Shown: in pieces, positions 21,404-31,317 of the stretch | Numbering within the stretch: the stretch's first letter is position 1 | Layout: every line of letters starts with the position of its first letter | IMG/VR virus record: IMGVR_UViG_3300020577_009322 | Coordinates: 32,001-96,000 of that record | Origin: a virus | Taxonomy: Duplodnaviria; Caudoviricetes | DNA: 64,000 bases | Reading direction: 5' to 3' (one strand) | The notes under the pieces: generated by a model | What the model saw: only the letters and a program-made list of their open reading frames with translations | What the model was told of the DNA's origin: nothing | The model's database searches: none | Made by a program: the position numbers and the translations under genes

Positions 21404-22126
21404 TTAATTTTTAAAAATCCATTTAAATCCCCCTGCTGTATTTCTATACTTTCGTTTTAGGCAGCACGCACTTATGTGACAAGAGGGTATATTCAATTTT
21501 TTACTTGCTTCAGTTGCACTCTTCCATTCTTTTATAGGATAGCCATTTATGTCTAACTGTATTATTGATTTTTTACTAGATTTAAAATGTTTCTTTATTG
21601 GCTGTAAATCCTCTAAAATATAGGACCATTGATAACCATAGGCTGTATTATTCTTCTTTTTCTTATTACAACAATTATATATGCAATTAGAAGAATAACT
21701 AAGTTCTCTCTCAATATCTTTTCCACATTCCCATTCTTTTTTAAATTTACCATTTAATTCGTACTGGTAAATCTTTTTAGAAAAAGGACTATTTAAACTT
21801 CTAGGTTTAAGATATCCTAAAAGTCCATCTCCACCTTCTGTTAAATTACAAAGTGTTCCGTAATATGATTTTCTACCATATAATTTTATTAATCGTTTTT
21901 CTTCTTCTTTAACATCATTATAGGAGTTTGATTCATAAATAATTTCTACTTTATATTCAGTTTTAGAGACTATTCTTTTCCACACAATATTTCTTCCTTT
22001 TCTTGTATAAGCTCTATAATATTTAGATTTAATAGTATTATAAGCTCTAGATGATTTAGTACCAATACCAATATAGAATATCTCATTGGTATCTAATCGA
22101 ATATGTTGATATGTATAATGTTTCAT
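21404..22126 (-). CDS. Free-standing GIY-YIG-like endonuclease with NUMOD1-like repeats
   Basis: YTYQHIRLDTNEIFYIGIG, LCNLTEGGDG, two YQYxLxG...TAxGxxW repeats; probable ATG start at 22126. Confidence 0.8.
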   Translation of the reverse strand: MKHYTYQHIRLDTNEIFYIGIGTKSSRAYNTIKSKYYRAYTRKGRNIVWKRIVSKTEYKVEIIYESNSYNDVKEEEKRLIKLYGRKSYYGTLCNLTEGGDGLLGYLKPRSLNSPFSKKIYQYELNGKFKKEWECGKDIERELSYSSNCIYNCCNKKKKNNTAYGYQWSYILEDLQPIKKHFKSSKKSIIQLDINGYPIKEWKSATEASKKLNIPSCHISACCLKRKYRNTAGGFKWIFKN

Positions 22127-22130
22127 ACTA

Positions 22131-22162
22131 ACAATATACAAATATTTCTATATTCTACCAAA
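22131..22162 (-). promoter_or_regulatory. Bacteroidota-type promoter of the endonuclease gene
   Basis: TTTG-N20-TATATTGT; similar elements precede the endonucleases starting at 8260 and 19393. Confidence 0.6.
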
Positions 22163-22464
22163 TTTCTAGTAGAAAATTTTGTACCAAATTCCTAAAATAG
22201 TTGTCATTTTTTAAAATTTAAATGTTAAGAAGGGGATAGCAGTATAACTATCCCCTGTTTGGACTCCTCATCCGACTGATTCATACTCCTGTTTAAAGGT
22301 CTGCTCAACTATCAGTATTGTTGAGACTGTTTATACTATCGTTTAGTCATCGTGATCATATCCCGGCTGTACATCGTCTGCAGGAAACCTATCTTTTGGA
22401 GGTTTCTCTTTAACTACTGGATCAGGAATAGGTTTGATATCTTTATCCATTTTTATTTTATTTA

Positions 22465-22824
22465 TTAAAAATATACTTTCTCTAATATTTCGAAATCAGC
22501 ATGACATTTCATTACCCCAAGTAATCTACATATAATATTTCCATAAATTATTGCTATACAGAAGTTGTCTTTTATGAAGATTTTTCCATTATAAAAATAA
22601 CGAGAATGGTAGATAGATTCTTTAACTGACTCAAATATAATCTTGTTTTTGTGAGTAGAAATACTTCCGAAAGTTTCTCCATATCTATATATATGAAAAG
22701 GAATTATAATACTACATTCCTCATAATTGCAATTATTTATAAGTAAAGTAATGCCTAATTCTATCATCTCCAGCTCTCTACTCACTATCATACCAGTTAT
22801 CTTCTCTTCAAACTCTTTAGTCAT
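22465..22824 (-). CDS. Hypothetical protein with N-terminal SRELEMIELG motif
   Basis: ORF plus recurrent motif. Confidence 0.6.
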   Translation of the reverse strand: MTKEFEEKITGMIVSRELEMIELGITLLINNCNYEECSIIIPFHIYRYGETFGSISTHKNKIIFESVKESIYHSRYFYNGKIFIKDNFCIAIIYGNIICRLLGVMKCHADFEILEKVYF

Positions 22825-22842
22825 TTTCTTTTTGTTAAAGTA

Positions 22843-22870
22843 AAAAAGCCGGCCCTCTCCAGGGCCGGCT
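22843..22870 (-). terminator. Intrinsic terminator
   Basis: AGCCGGCCCT/AGGGCCGGCT hairpin plus U-run. Confidence 0.8.
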
Positions 22871-22971
22871 AACTTTAAATGGCCTAATTACAATTCAATA
22901 TTGAATAATTCTTTTATTTTAGCCTTAGTTGAGGGTGAACCAGAAACTATTAACTTGTGCTGATGATAAAT

Positions 22972-24111
22972 TCATTCGTATTCTTTTCTGTTTAATTTAG
23001 TAATATATGGGAATCTCAGTTTACCTGCAGGCGTATATCCAAAGAACTGGATTGTTGCTTCAGTACCAATATAGGTATCTCTATTGTCCCACACTTCTTT
23101 TAAAAAGGAATGGACCCCTTTAACATTGCTTTTACAGCAATTAATTCTTTTCTTCTTATCATAGGGTTTAGATTTATCCAGAATTACCCAGAATTTACCG
23201 ATAGTTCCAGCTCTGCTACCCTTACCTTCTACATAATCAAAGATCTCAAATTCTTCATCAATAAAGTCTTTGTGTTTAAGTAACTGATCACATCTCTTAT
23301 TCTGGTATTCTGCAGTATCTGTACGAATAATGGTTCCTTCGTAACCTTCTTTTAGGAACTTTTTGTGATACTCTAATACTTCTTTATGACTATGTACTTC
23401 ATAAGTAGGTACCAGCTTAATTGAGGAATTATTCTGGGTAGAAAACCACTTTTTAAGAGCTTCATATCTAACCGAGAATACACCCTTTACTGAAGGATAG
23501 TCATAGGCCCAAAATTCCATTACTTTAGCTTCTTCCTTCTGTTCATCTGTCAGATCTTTACCACTTCTTATAAGAGACACAATCTTATTAAAGTCATCAT
23601 TATATGAGTGGGTATACAACTCTCCATCTAACTGAGTGGTATTTTGGTAGAGATGTGGACAAGAGGTAAAAGGCTTACCGTTTCTACTTGTTAGAGTATT
23701 ATTTTGACTATCTGAACGTAATCCATCTAGCTTGGGTTGAACAAATACTCTATACTTTCCCCATTCTACACCTACTCTTCTTTTTGGTTTAGATACTGAT
23801 ACTTCCCCATATGTCTCTGCAAGCATTGGTTCAAAGTAGTTCTTTTTCTCTGTTAGCACCTCATTATAGCTTTTATCTAGCTTACCTTTATGTTTAGAGG
23901 TGGCTTCAGCTAATGCTTGCTGTTCTGGAGTAGTCTCGTTTTTCTTACCAATATTCTTCCCTATGCAAATAGTTGGTTTACTGGTAGTTAGCTTTCCGTC
24001 CTTTATACCTTCAATAGTATAAAATTTATCTCCATCTACCACTATTTGCCATTGTTGGATGGCACCTTTTGTTGTATACTTATAAAGTATAGGAAATTCT
24101 TTCTTCATCAT
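22972..24111 (-). CDS. ATP-dependent DNA ligase
   Basis: EPMLA, QPKLDGLR, LDGELY, EGYEGTI, LLKHK, LRFP. Confidence 0.92.
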   Translation of the reverse strand: MMKKEFPILYKYTTKGAIQQWQIVVDGDKFYTIEGIKDGKLTTSKPTICIGKNIGKKNETTPEQQALAEATSKHKGKLDKSYNEVLTEKKNYFEPMLAETYGEVSVSKPKRRVGVEWGKYRVFVQPKLDGLRSDSQNNTLTSRNGKPFTSCPHLYQNTTQLDGELYTHSYNDDFNKIVSLIRSGKDLTDEQKEEAKVMEFWAYDYPSVKGVFSVRYEALKKWFSTQNNSSIKLVPTYEVHSHKEVLEYHKKFLKEGYEGTIIRTDTAEYQNKRCDQLLKHKDFIDEEFEIFDYVEGKGSRAGTIGKFWVILDKSKPYDKKKRINCCKSNVKGVHSFLKEVWDNRDTYIGTEATIQFFGYTPAGKLRFPYITKLNRKEYE

Positions 24112-24362
24112 AAATATATTTCGTTATAATCACCTTGTTTCAACCCTCTTTCTTCAAGCCATTTAAAACATTCATTTCTTGATTCAGATATAAATGAACT
24201 CCTCTTTCCTGCAGTAACTACATCATACCTAATGGAATGGCTACTAATTAGCCAGTATCTTCCTTCATCTTCATCTAGCCAGATTTCATATCTCATGTTA
24301 GTAATTTAAAAAAGGAGATCTCTTTATAGAGACCTCCTTTACATTATGACGACACCAATAAA

Positions 24363-25208
24363 TTAATCCTTCCATTCCACTGCTGGACATTCATTCTTAA
24401 TTGCCTTAAACAGTACCTCAAATATCCTTCCAACGATGCAATGGCCGGGGCTTTTAATCCTGGCGTTTTCTCAATTACTGAGTAGATGGCGTTTAGCTCC
24501 TCGTTTACACCTTCACTCTCGGCTTTAAAATGCACCTTTTTTACACCTTCATTTACACCTTCATTTACACCTTTAGTGGCTTTGGTTTTGATAGAAAGGT
24601 CTGGGAAAGCCGGTGGGGATGTGAGAAAGTGCCACTACCCCTAAATATCCCAGATATACCAGTAATAGTACTGTAGCAGTAGCTAACAGTATTAATAATA
24701 TCTTGCCAATAGGCTTGGCGTATTTAACAATCTTATTAATACGGTTTTTCCTGGCTATCATGGCCAACCTCTTCTTTTCTTCTTGCTCTCTTATTCTCTT
24801 CTCTCTTTCTAATCGGTACTTCTCTCTTTCTGTCTTTATTTTCTCAACCATTTCCTGAATCTTCTTAATAAAATCTCTGGATAAATTGTCTCCATACCAT
24901 AAATTCTTGTAATTGTCAGGTAAACACTGTCCTTCATACGTACTCATATACAGTTTCTCTGCAAGATCCTTTTGAACAATTTCATCAGAAGAAACTATTC
25001 TGACGAAGTTCTGTACCTTCTCTCTTTTTGCTACAGCCTTCTTAGTTTGGACATTTCTTATCCCTCTATCAATATAGAGCATAAAGTCTCTTACTCCTTC
25101 TGTTACCTTTCTGATAATAAAGTAAGGAACGAATAAGAAAAAGCTCACTACACATAACCAAAAGAATGGACACATATGAGTAAAATCATAGTAGTGAACA
25201 TTCCACAT
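24363..25208 (-). pseudogene. Membrane protein interrupted by a ~180-bp foreign segment
   Basis: ORF runs into a GC-richer EGVN-repeat segment (~24435-24615); a native-looking tail GRIFEVLFKAIKNECPAVEWKD* ends at 24363. Confidence 0.55.
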
Positions 25209-25562
25209 TCATTGTACCATTCGGGTATACCACCCGCTCTTCCTAAGAGTAAATACGTCTTTTATCATTTTTAAAGTTGTTTAGTTTGTAATCTTAATTT
25301 AGTTAAGTCTGATCTTTACTTTCTGTTTTGAAATTTCCAATTGGCTTTCATTGCAGCCAGTTTTATCTTTTCTTCTGGTGTCTTTTTGAAGACAGAGAAA
25401 TCAATGGAAAACTTCATTGAATTAATTTCTCTCTGAATGATACTCTTCTGAAGAGAGTATGCCTCACTTTCCATAATTTCTTTAAAGCTTGCTTCTTTTG
25501 CCATTTTTATTTGTTTTTAGAGTTAAAAAATGGTCACCTATAAGGATGGCCAAATCTGGTTG

Positions 25563-25995
25563 TGGAGGTGTTGGGTTACGAACCCAAGTCTTTCCCTGTT
25601 TCAATTTGTAAGTTACATGCATGTAGGTTTTTTATTGAGGTAACTACCCTCTATTCCTTGTGAAGGACAACTCTTTGTAATTTTTCAAGGTGATTTATGA
25701 AGAGATTACCAACTCTTCCTCATAACGGATTTCACATTCCTAGACAAGTGAATTGCTGTCTTATCCAATTTTGAAGTTACGCAGCTACTGCTACGTTAGC
25801 AAAAGCCATATTAATTAGCTTTGCACCCTCTGCTTGATGATCAACTGTGTTGTCATTTAATTGTTTGTATAAATTTGTTGGCTTTCCTTAACTTGTCCCG
25901 CTAGATGGGAGATCTCGGTACTTACTTTAGGCACTATATACTTTGAGCCTGCACGCCTACTCTTATTCACATTGAAATCAATTCAACTCACCCCC
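25563..25995 (-). ncRNA. ssrA: tmRNA
   Basis: Acceptor GGGGGTG/CACCTCC-A with G3:U70; T-arm TTGGG-TTCGTAA-CCCAA; tag ORF 25854-25777 DNTVDHQAEGAKLINMAFANVAVAA*. Confidence 0.92.
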
Positions 25996-26028
25996 ATATT
26001 ATTATGCAATATATATGAAACATTTTTA

Positions 26029-26412
26029 TTAGTAGTAAATCTGACCTGCAATTTCTGACTTCCTCTTAAATGAAACTAAGTGATTGTATAATTCTAGATT
26101 CTTTTCATCGTCTCTTTCAGGAGAATATTTAACGGATTGTCTATTAAATGTTCTACATTCAATCTTTGTAAGATTAGGAAATTCATATCCTCCGGATGAA
26201 AGTGGAAATTGAACTGATACTAGTTCCTTTTCAATTTCGGTTATAAATTCTGCCCTATAAAACAAATCAGAACTCTTAATAATTACCCATCTATTTTTGT
26301 TTATATTTACCCACCCTAGTACTTCTATATTAGGATTTCTTGGAATTCCTATATAGTTCATTTGGTTAATTTTAGACTTAGTTAGCTTTGTCGTTTTTAC
26401 TTCAATTTCCAT
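26029..26412 (-). CDS. Hypothetical protein
   Basis: 127-aa ORF. Confidence 0.6.
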   Translation of the reverse strand: MEIEVKTTKLTKSKINQMNYIGIPRNPNIEVLGWVNINKNRWVIIKSSDLFYRAEFITEIEKELVSVQFPLSSGGYEFPNLTKIECRTFNRQSVKYSPERDDEKNLELYNHLVSFKRKSEIAGQIYY

Positions 26413-26491
26413 GTTACTACTTTTTGTAAAAATTTTGATTAAATCATTCTACTACAAAGATACTATAATTATTAATATTGAGCAAATTTCT

Positions 26492-26899
26492 TTACTCTTT
26501 TTCCTTCTCCACTTTTACGGCCTTTATTTCCTTGTGGGTTGAAAAGGATATAGATACCTTCTTTTCAGGATCAAAGTCAGAATGACTATCGTCTAGTAAT
26601 TCCTTGCCTTCCATATCCTTAAAAACAGGATGTTCCATTATTGCGTCTTTATTTTCATTAGCTATTTCTGCTAATTCTCCAAGTTCTTCCTCAGAGCAAT
26701 CATTGATAAATTCTGCCATTAAATGAAGCATCTGAGCATTATTATAATCCTCTTCTGTCAATACATTCTGGCCGCATTTAGGACACGGTTTATTTAACCA
26801 TTCCTTATAATCCTCCATTTTTACACTTTCATTCTCCCAATCACAGTTAGGATTGTCACATTTTAATCCAGTTTCTTCTATCTCTATATTTTTTTCCAT
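26492..26899 (-). CDS. Zn-ribbon protein
   Basis: CDNPNC...CPKC. Confidence 0.7.
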   Translation of the reverse strand: MEKNIEIEETGLKCDNPNCDWENESVKMEDYKEWLNKPCPKCGQNVLTEEDYNNAQMLHLMAEFINDCSEEELGELAEIANENKDAIMEHPVFKDMEGKELLDDSHSDFDPEKKVSISFSTHKEIKAVKVEKEKE

Positions 26900-27930
26900 T
26901 ATTTTAAGTACTTTTTGAGTGTGTTAAATTCTGCCTATAGGGTTATTTCTGTCATAGTTTATTACTCTAAAGGTAAAGAATCTTTTTAATCTCAGTTCTT
27001 GGTAATTTTTCTACTACTGCTCTGTAAGCTCTTAGTATTCTATCACTATCGACAGGAATATCTTTACCATGAGAAGAACGATAAAAAGAGCATTTGAAGC
27101 CGAGGTAGCTACGAATATCCTCTACTATCTGTAATAGATCCTTACCAGTCTCCTCTTTAATAGCACGTATTTTCAGAAGAGTATCAGTCAATTTACTTTC
27201 CTCAATATTTAAGGGACGATTATAAATAGGCTCAAGAAATTTGTTTATCTCATTTCTACGATAAGCAATATTTTTGACATATTCTCTAGCTATTTTATCT
27301 ACCACCACTATATCATCAGAGCTGTAGATAATAGGGTTTCCAGGTTTTCCTGAATAGAGAGGTTTTCTTTTGGTTTGCATACAATTGACATTTAGATAGT
27401 TATGAAAGTAATACCCTTTATTTCATCTGTCTCAAGATAATCATCCAATTCTTTCTCATTAGTAAAGAATTTAGTATATGTTTTTCCGTCACTCATAGTA
27501 AACTCTATGTGAGGATAATAAAATACTCTCTTTTCCTCAAAGTAACAATTATCTGGAGGTTCCGATAACATATCTTCACTGAAACTAGTATAGAATCCTT
27601 CTTTTTGAGTAATAAATCCGAAGAATCTCATCTCCTTTCTGTATTTATACCAAAAATTTTCTCTTCTTCTATAAATAATTATAGTGGCTACTTGTGATTT
27701 ATTTAACATCATAATTTCTTTTTTAGTTCGTTTAATTGAGATATTCTTAGTAAGAGTATTTTATGCCATTTTTCTTTTACATCTTCTTTTACACATCTCT
27801 CATAAATACGAGTTGCATTAATAACGCTTCTCTTCATATACTCCACTTTCTGTTGTATACTTTCCATGATTGAATTTAAAAAAGGAGATCCTGTAATAGG
27901 ATCCCCTTATTTCTCTAGGTACTCTTATTA

Positions 27931-28998
27931 TTAGAATATCTTAAAAGAACTGTGTTTCACTTCTGATTTTCTTATAGAAATCATCATATTTTTGTAGTTA
28001 CTATCATTTCCATTCTTTTTAACAACAAAGTTCATTTTATCAAAGTCGGGCTCTTTCTGGATATAATATACATCACCATCATTGCTTGTAATGTAATTAC
28101 CTCTCTATCTTTTAGTTGCAGTAACTCTTTCAATACAAGAGCGTCCAACTTCTTCATGGATTACCACCTCTTTGCCACCGGAGATTTGAACGATATCATA
28201 AGTAAGATCTTTTCTCTCCAGATTGAAGTGTTCACAACAGGTATATGGCTCCTCCTTGTGGATATTTACTTCACTTACAATAGATTTTACGATATCTACT
28301 GTAATGATTTTTAATGGTTTGAGAAATTCCAGGATATTTTTCTTGAATTTTTTCTCAATGAGACAATCGTCCACGATCTCTGTAATTTGCTTTAGCGAGA
28401 GATCCTTGAAGGTTTTGAGATATCTTATCCTCCCAGGCCTGTTTAACATATTGTCATTGAGCCACAACTCATTAGTAGTCAGGATAAACACCTTCCTATA
28501 TCCCGTTTTGTATACTCCATCCATAAGGGATAGCAAAGTTGGATCACCATTGCTTTTGTCATAGCCGTATTCATCCTCACTGATACTACCCTTAAATGTC
28601 TTTTCGTACTCGTCAATTACAATAGTAACATTCTCCTGTAGATCAGAAAGAAAGCTATTTAATCCAGGATAGTTTGATGTTATTAGGAGGATTGGCTGCT
28701 TTAATTCATTAGCTAGTAATTCTGCAGTAATCGTTTTGCCAGTACCTTTTACCCCGTTCATCAGAACACCAAGATTACCTTTCGTAGAGAGATATGTTTT
28801 GCATACCCTTCTTACAAAGTCTGTCTCCATTCCATATACTTTGAAGTCAAACGTAAACGAGTCTGCCATTTCCTTCAGATATATTCCCTTGATATCATCG
28901 AATTCAATAGTATACACCTTCTTCTCAAGAATAGGAATAGTTCCTGTAATATCTTTCAAGAACAAACAATTTCCAGATTTAGCCCATGTTTTTTTCAT
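27931..28998 (-). CDS. AAA+ ATPase; single in-frame TAG at 28105-28107, frame stays open to TAA at 27931
   Basis: GVKGTGKT, IVIDEYEK, LLSLMDG, LTTN, RPGRIRY. Confidence 0.8.
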
Positions 28999-29001
28999 TA
29001 G

Positions 29002-29739
29002 TTACTTTTTAAGTTTAGTTAATTTCTTGTAATTAGAGGGATCTTCAATGTCACCATTCATAAATTTGTTTATGGCATCTTTAGAATGTCTTCTTTTCTT
29101 ATATCTGAATTCATCTCTCCAGTACCTTTTACCACCAGCACTTCTCCAGTACTCTTCCAAGTTATCCTCAAGAAAAGCCTTCTCCTTGAGTAATTCATTA
29201 TCAATGTCCTGTACCATATTAAGTATTCTCTTCCTTACCCCTACACATATATAGTATTCCGGAATGTTCAATTCATATCTGGTATCTTTGTGTATTTGTC
29301 CACCCCACCTACTTACCCTTTCCACAACCCTTTTAGTAAAGAACTTCTTTACGTCCTCCTCTACTCTTTCATATTTCTTTTCAGTAAGAGAAGATACAGA
29401 AGGTCCACTGTAATAGGTTTTTCCATCTGTATGTGTGTGGGTAAATAATGGTCTTATCTTGGATAATAAGGTATCTTTTCTTATAGTAGATATTTTTGAG
29501 GAGCTTTCTTTACTTACTTTATATCCATTATCACAATATGAGAGTGCTCTGGCCATTCTCTCTCCATCATCTCTCCTCCTAGCTTCAGGAGTTAATTTAA
29601 GAAATAGATTCCAGCCATCTTGAATAGGTATATCTAACTTTCTCCAGGGACTATTTCTAATAATATCCCTTATCTCATTTAGTCTCTTTTCATTAGCTAG
29701 AAACTCTTTTTCTTTCTGTTCTATTGTATCTTCTTTCAT
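29002..29739 (-). CDS. Hypothetical protein
   Basis: 245-aa ORF. Confidence 0.65.
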   Translation of the reverse strand: MKEDTIEQKEKEFLANEKRLNEIRDIIRNSPWRKLDIPIQDGWNLFLKLTPEARRRDDGERMARALSYCDNGYKVSKESSSKISTIRKDTLLSKIRPLFTHTHTDGKTYYSGPSVSSLTEKKYERVEEDVKKFFTKRVVERVSRWGGQIHKDTRYELNIPEYYICVGVRKRILNMVQDIDNELLKEKAFLEDNLEEYWRSAGGKRYWRDEFRYKKRRHSKDAINKFMNGDIEDPSNYKKLTKLKK

Positions 29740-30011
29740 AGTGTTGATATTGGCGGGAATAGATATTCTTCCTGTTGTTGATTTTCTTCCTTATTTTCTT
29801 CACATAATTTTATACGATCAATTGACACCCCAAAGTATGTGTTTGATAGAGTAGAGATATAATTAGAAGGTACTATATGATCTCTATACCATCCTATAGT
29901 CTTCTCTAACTCTATAATTGCCATACTTCCTCGATCGATCAGGAGTACAATAATTGCTTTCTCTGGAATATCATTTTTATTTATAAATGTAACCCTATCA
30001 TACATTTTCAT
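29736..30011 (-). CDS. YLFPPI-tail paralog 4
   Basis: Ends EEYLFPPISTL. Confidence 0.75.
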   Translation of the reverse strand: MKMYDRVTFINKNDIPEKAIIVLLIDRGSMAIIELEKTIGWYRDHIVPSNYISTLSNTYFGVSIDRIKLCEENKEENQQQEEYLFPPISTL

Positions 30012-30286
30012 AATTGTGATATTGGTGGAAATAAATAGCTTTCTTTATTGTTGAATATATCTGTATCAGGAGCACTCTTTACTAATTCTAATCTTTCTAG
30101 AGGTATTGCATAGTATTTTCCTGATAGAGAGGGTATATAATCTTCTTCTATTCTGAGATGAGAATTATTTCCAGCTGACCATCCATAATCAGGATTCGAA
30201 GTTTCAATAATACAAATATTACCTCCAATATTCTTTACGAATATTCCCTCTCTATTATCACCTCTTACATAATCACCTTTTTTCAT
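30008..30286 (-). CDS. YLFPPI-tail paralog 3
   Basis: Ends ESYLFPPISQL. Confidence 0.75.
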   Translation of the reverse strand: MKKGDYVRGDNREGIFVKNIGGNICIIETSNPDYGWSAGNNSHLRIEEDYIPSLSGKYYAIPLERLELVKSAPDTDIFNNKESYLFPPISQL

Positions 30287-30555
30287 AATTCATTTATTGG
30301 TGGAAATAAATAATCATTATCATGTTCTGTAGTATCATTATTGGAAAGAAATGTGAGATCTTCTCTACTAACAAAGTAGTACAAGTTACATCCCTTACTA
30401 ATATATTCATCAGGTACATCCCTATCTCTAGGCCAACCACGTTTATTTGGTTCACTTAACTCCAGTAAAACATACTCATTATCGTCATCCCTTACAAAAA
30501 ATCCAATTACAGTCTCTCCATATAGATTAAATTTTACTATATCATACACATTCAT
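30283..30555 (-). CDS. YLFPPI-tail paralog 2
   Basis: Ends NDYLFPPINEL. Confidence 0.75.
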   Translation of the reverse strand: MNVYDIVKFNLYGETVIGFFVRDDDNEYVLLELSEPNKRGWPRDRDVPDEYISKGCNLYYFVSREDLTFLSNNDTTEHDNDYLFPPINEL

Positions 30556-30878
30556 AACTTAGATATTTCAGGAAATAAATATTCTTCTTCTTTATGAGGA
30601 TCCTTTAAAGGAATCCCTTTCTTAGATAGATGAGGAAAGGACATATAAGATAAGATAATATATGTATTAGTGGCTCTTGATTGGTACTCTCTGATAAGAG
30701 TTGAGCTGTCCCATCCTGATATATTTTCTCCATTTATTACCTCTAATATCATATTACGATAGCCGTCATAGTAGCGAGGTCCATACATTCTTACAAAATG
30801 AAAATCACCTTTACAGTTGCCCTCTCTGTAGAATAATATATCTCCAGGTGATAATTCCTCTATTTCTTTCTTATTCAT
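30552..30878 (-). CDS. YLFPPI-tail paralog 1
   Basis: Ends EEYLFPEISKL. Confidence 0.75.
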   Translation of the reverse strand: MNKKEIEELSPGDILFYREGNCKGDFHFVRMYGPRYYDGYRNMILEVINGENISGWDSSTLIREYQSRATNTYIILSYMSFPHLSKKGIPLKDPHKEEEYLFPEISKL

Positions 30879-30894
30879 TTTTAATTAATTTTTG

Positions 30895-30968
30895 TGATCC
30901 GGATTGGATTCGAACCAATGACCACCAGCTTAGAAGGCTGATGCTCTATCCAACTGAGCTACCGGACC
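30895..30968 (-). tRNA. tRNA-Arg(TCT)
   Basis: Canonical cloverleaf GGTCCGG/CCGGATC-A, loop CTTCTAA, GGTTCGAATCC; CCA not encoded. Confidence 0.93.
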
Positions 30969-30970
30969 AA

Positions 30971-31085
30971 TGTAGAAAGGGATGTCTTACTTAAACGACA
31001 GATGATATCCATTCCGTACTTATACATAGCAGGTTTGAGGGTCCGGATCATCTGAAAAGGATTCGAACCTTTTATATCCCTTACT
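30971..31085 (-). ncRNA. Circularly permuted tRNA-like RNA (3' half precedes 5' half)
   Basis: AGGGA-TAT-AAAAGG-TTCGAAT-CCTTTT-CAGATGA-TCC, ~39-nt spacer, TCATCTG-TC-GTTT-AAGTA-AGAC-A-TCCCT-TTCTA. Confidence 0.7.
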
Positions 31086-31092
31086 TTTTTAA

Positions 31093-31317
31093 TTACTTCT
31101 TCTTCTTTTCTTTCTTTCCTGCTCTTATCTTGTCCTGGTGAGCACGGATAGCCTTCATCTTTATTTTCCTTCTTTCTTTACGGAGAGCCCTGTATTCTTC
31201 GACAGTGGCAAGACCATTTTTTCTCATGTTTCTTAACATTGTTTTGGAATAGCCAAAATTTTTCTTAAATGTTTGGCCCTTTGTTGGCTTAGAAACTACT
31301 GTGTTTTCAGTACTCAT
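31093..31317 (-). CDS. Small highly basic protein
   Basis: K/R-rich 74 aa. Confidence 0.65.
   Translation of the reverse strand: MSTENTVVSKPTKGQTFKKNFGYSKTMLRNMRKNGLATVEEYRALRKERRKIKMKAIRAHQDKIRAGKKEKKKK

Noticed and set aside
24503-24573. TTTACACCTTCA repeats as a CRISPR array or iterons
   Set aside because: 12-nt tandem units with no regular spacers; they encode EGVN repeats in a foreign-looking fragment.
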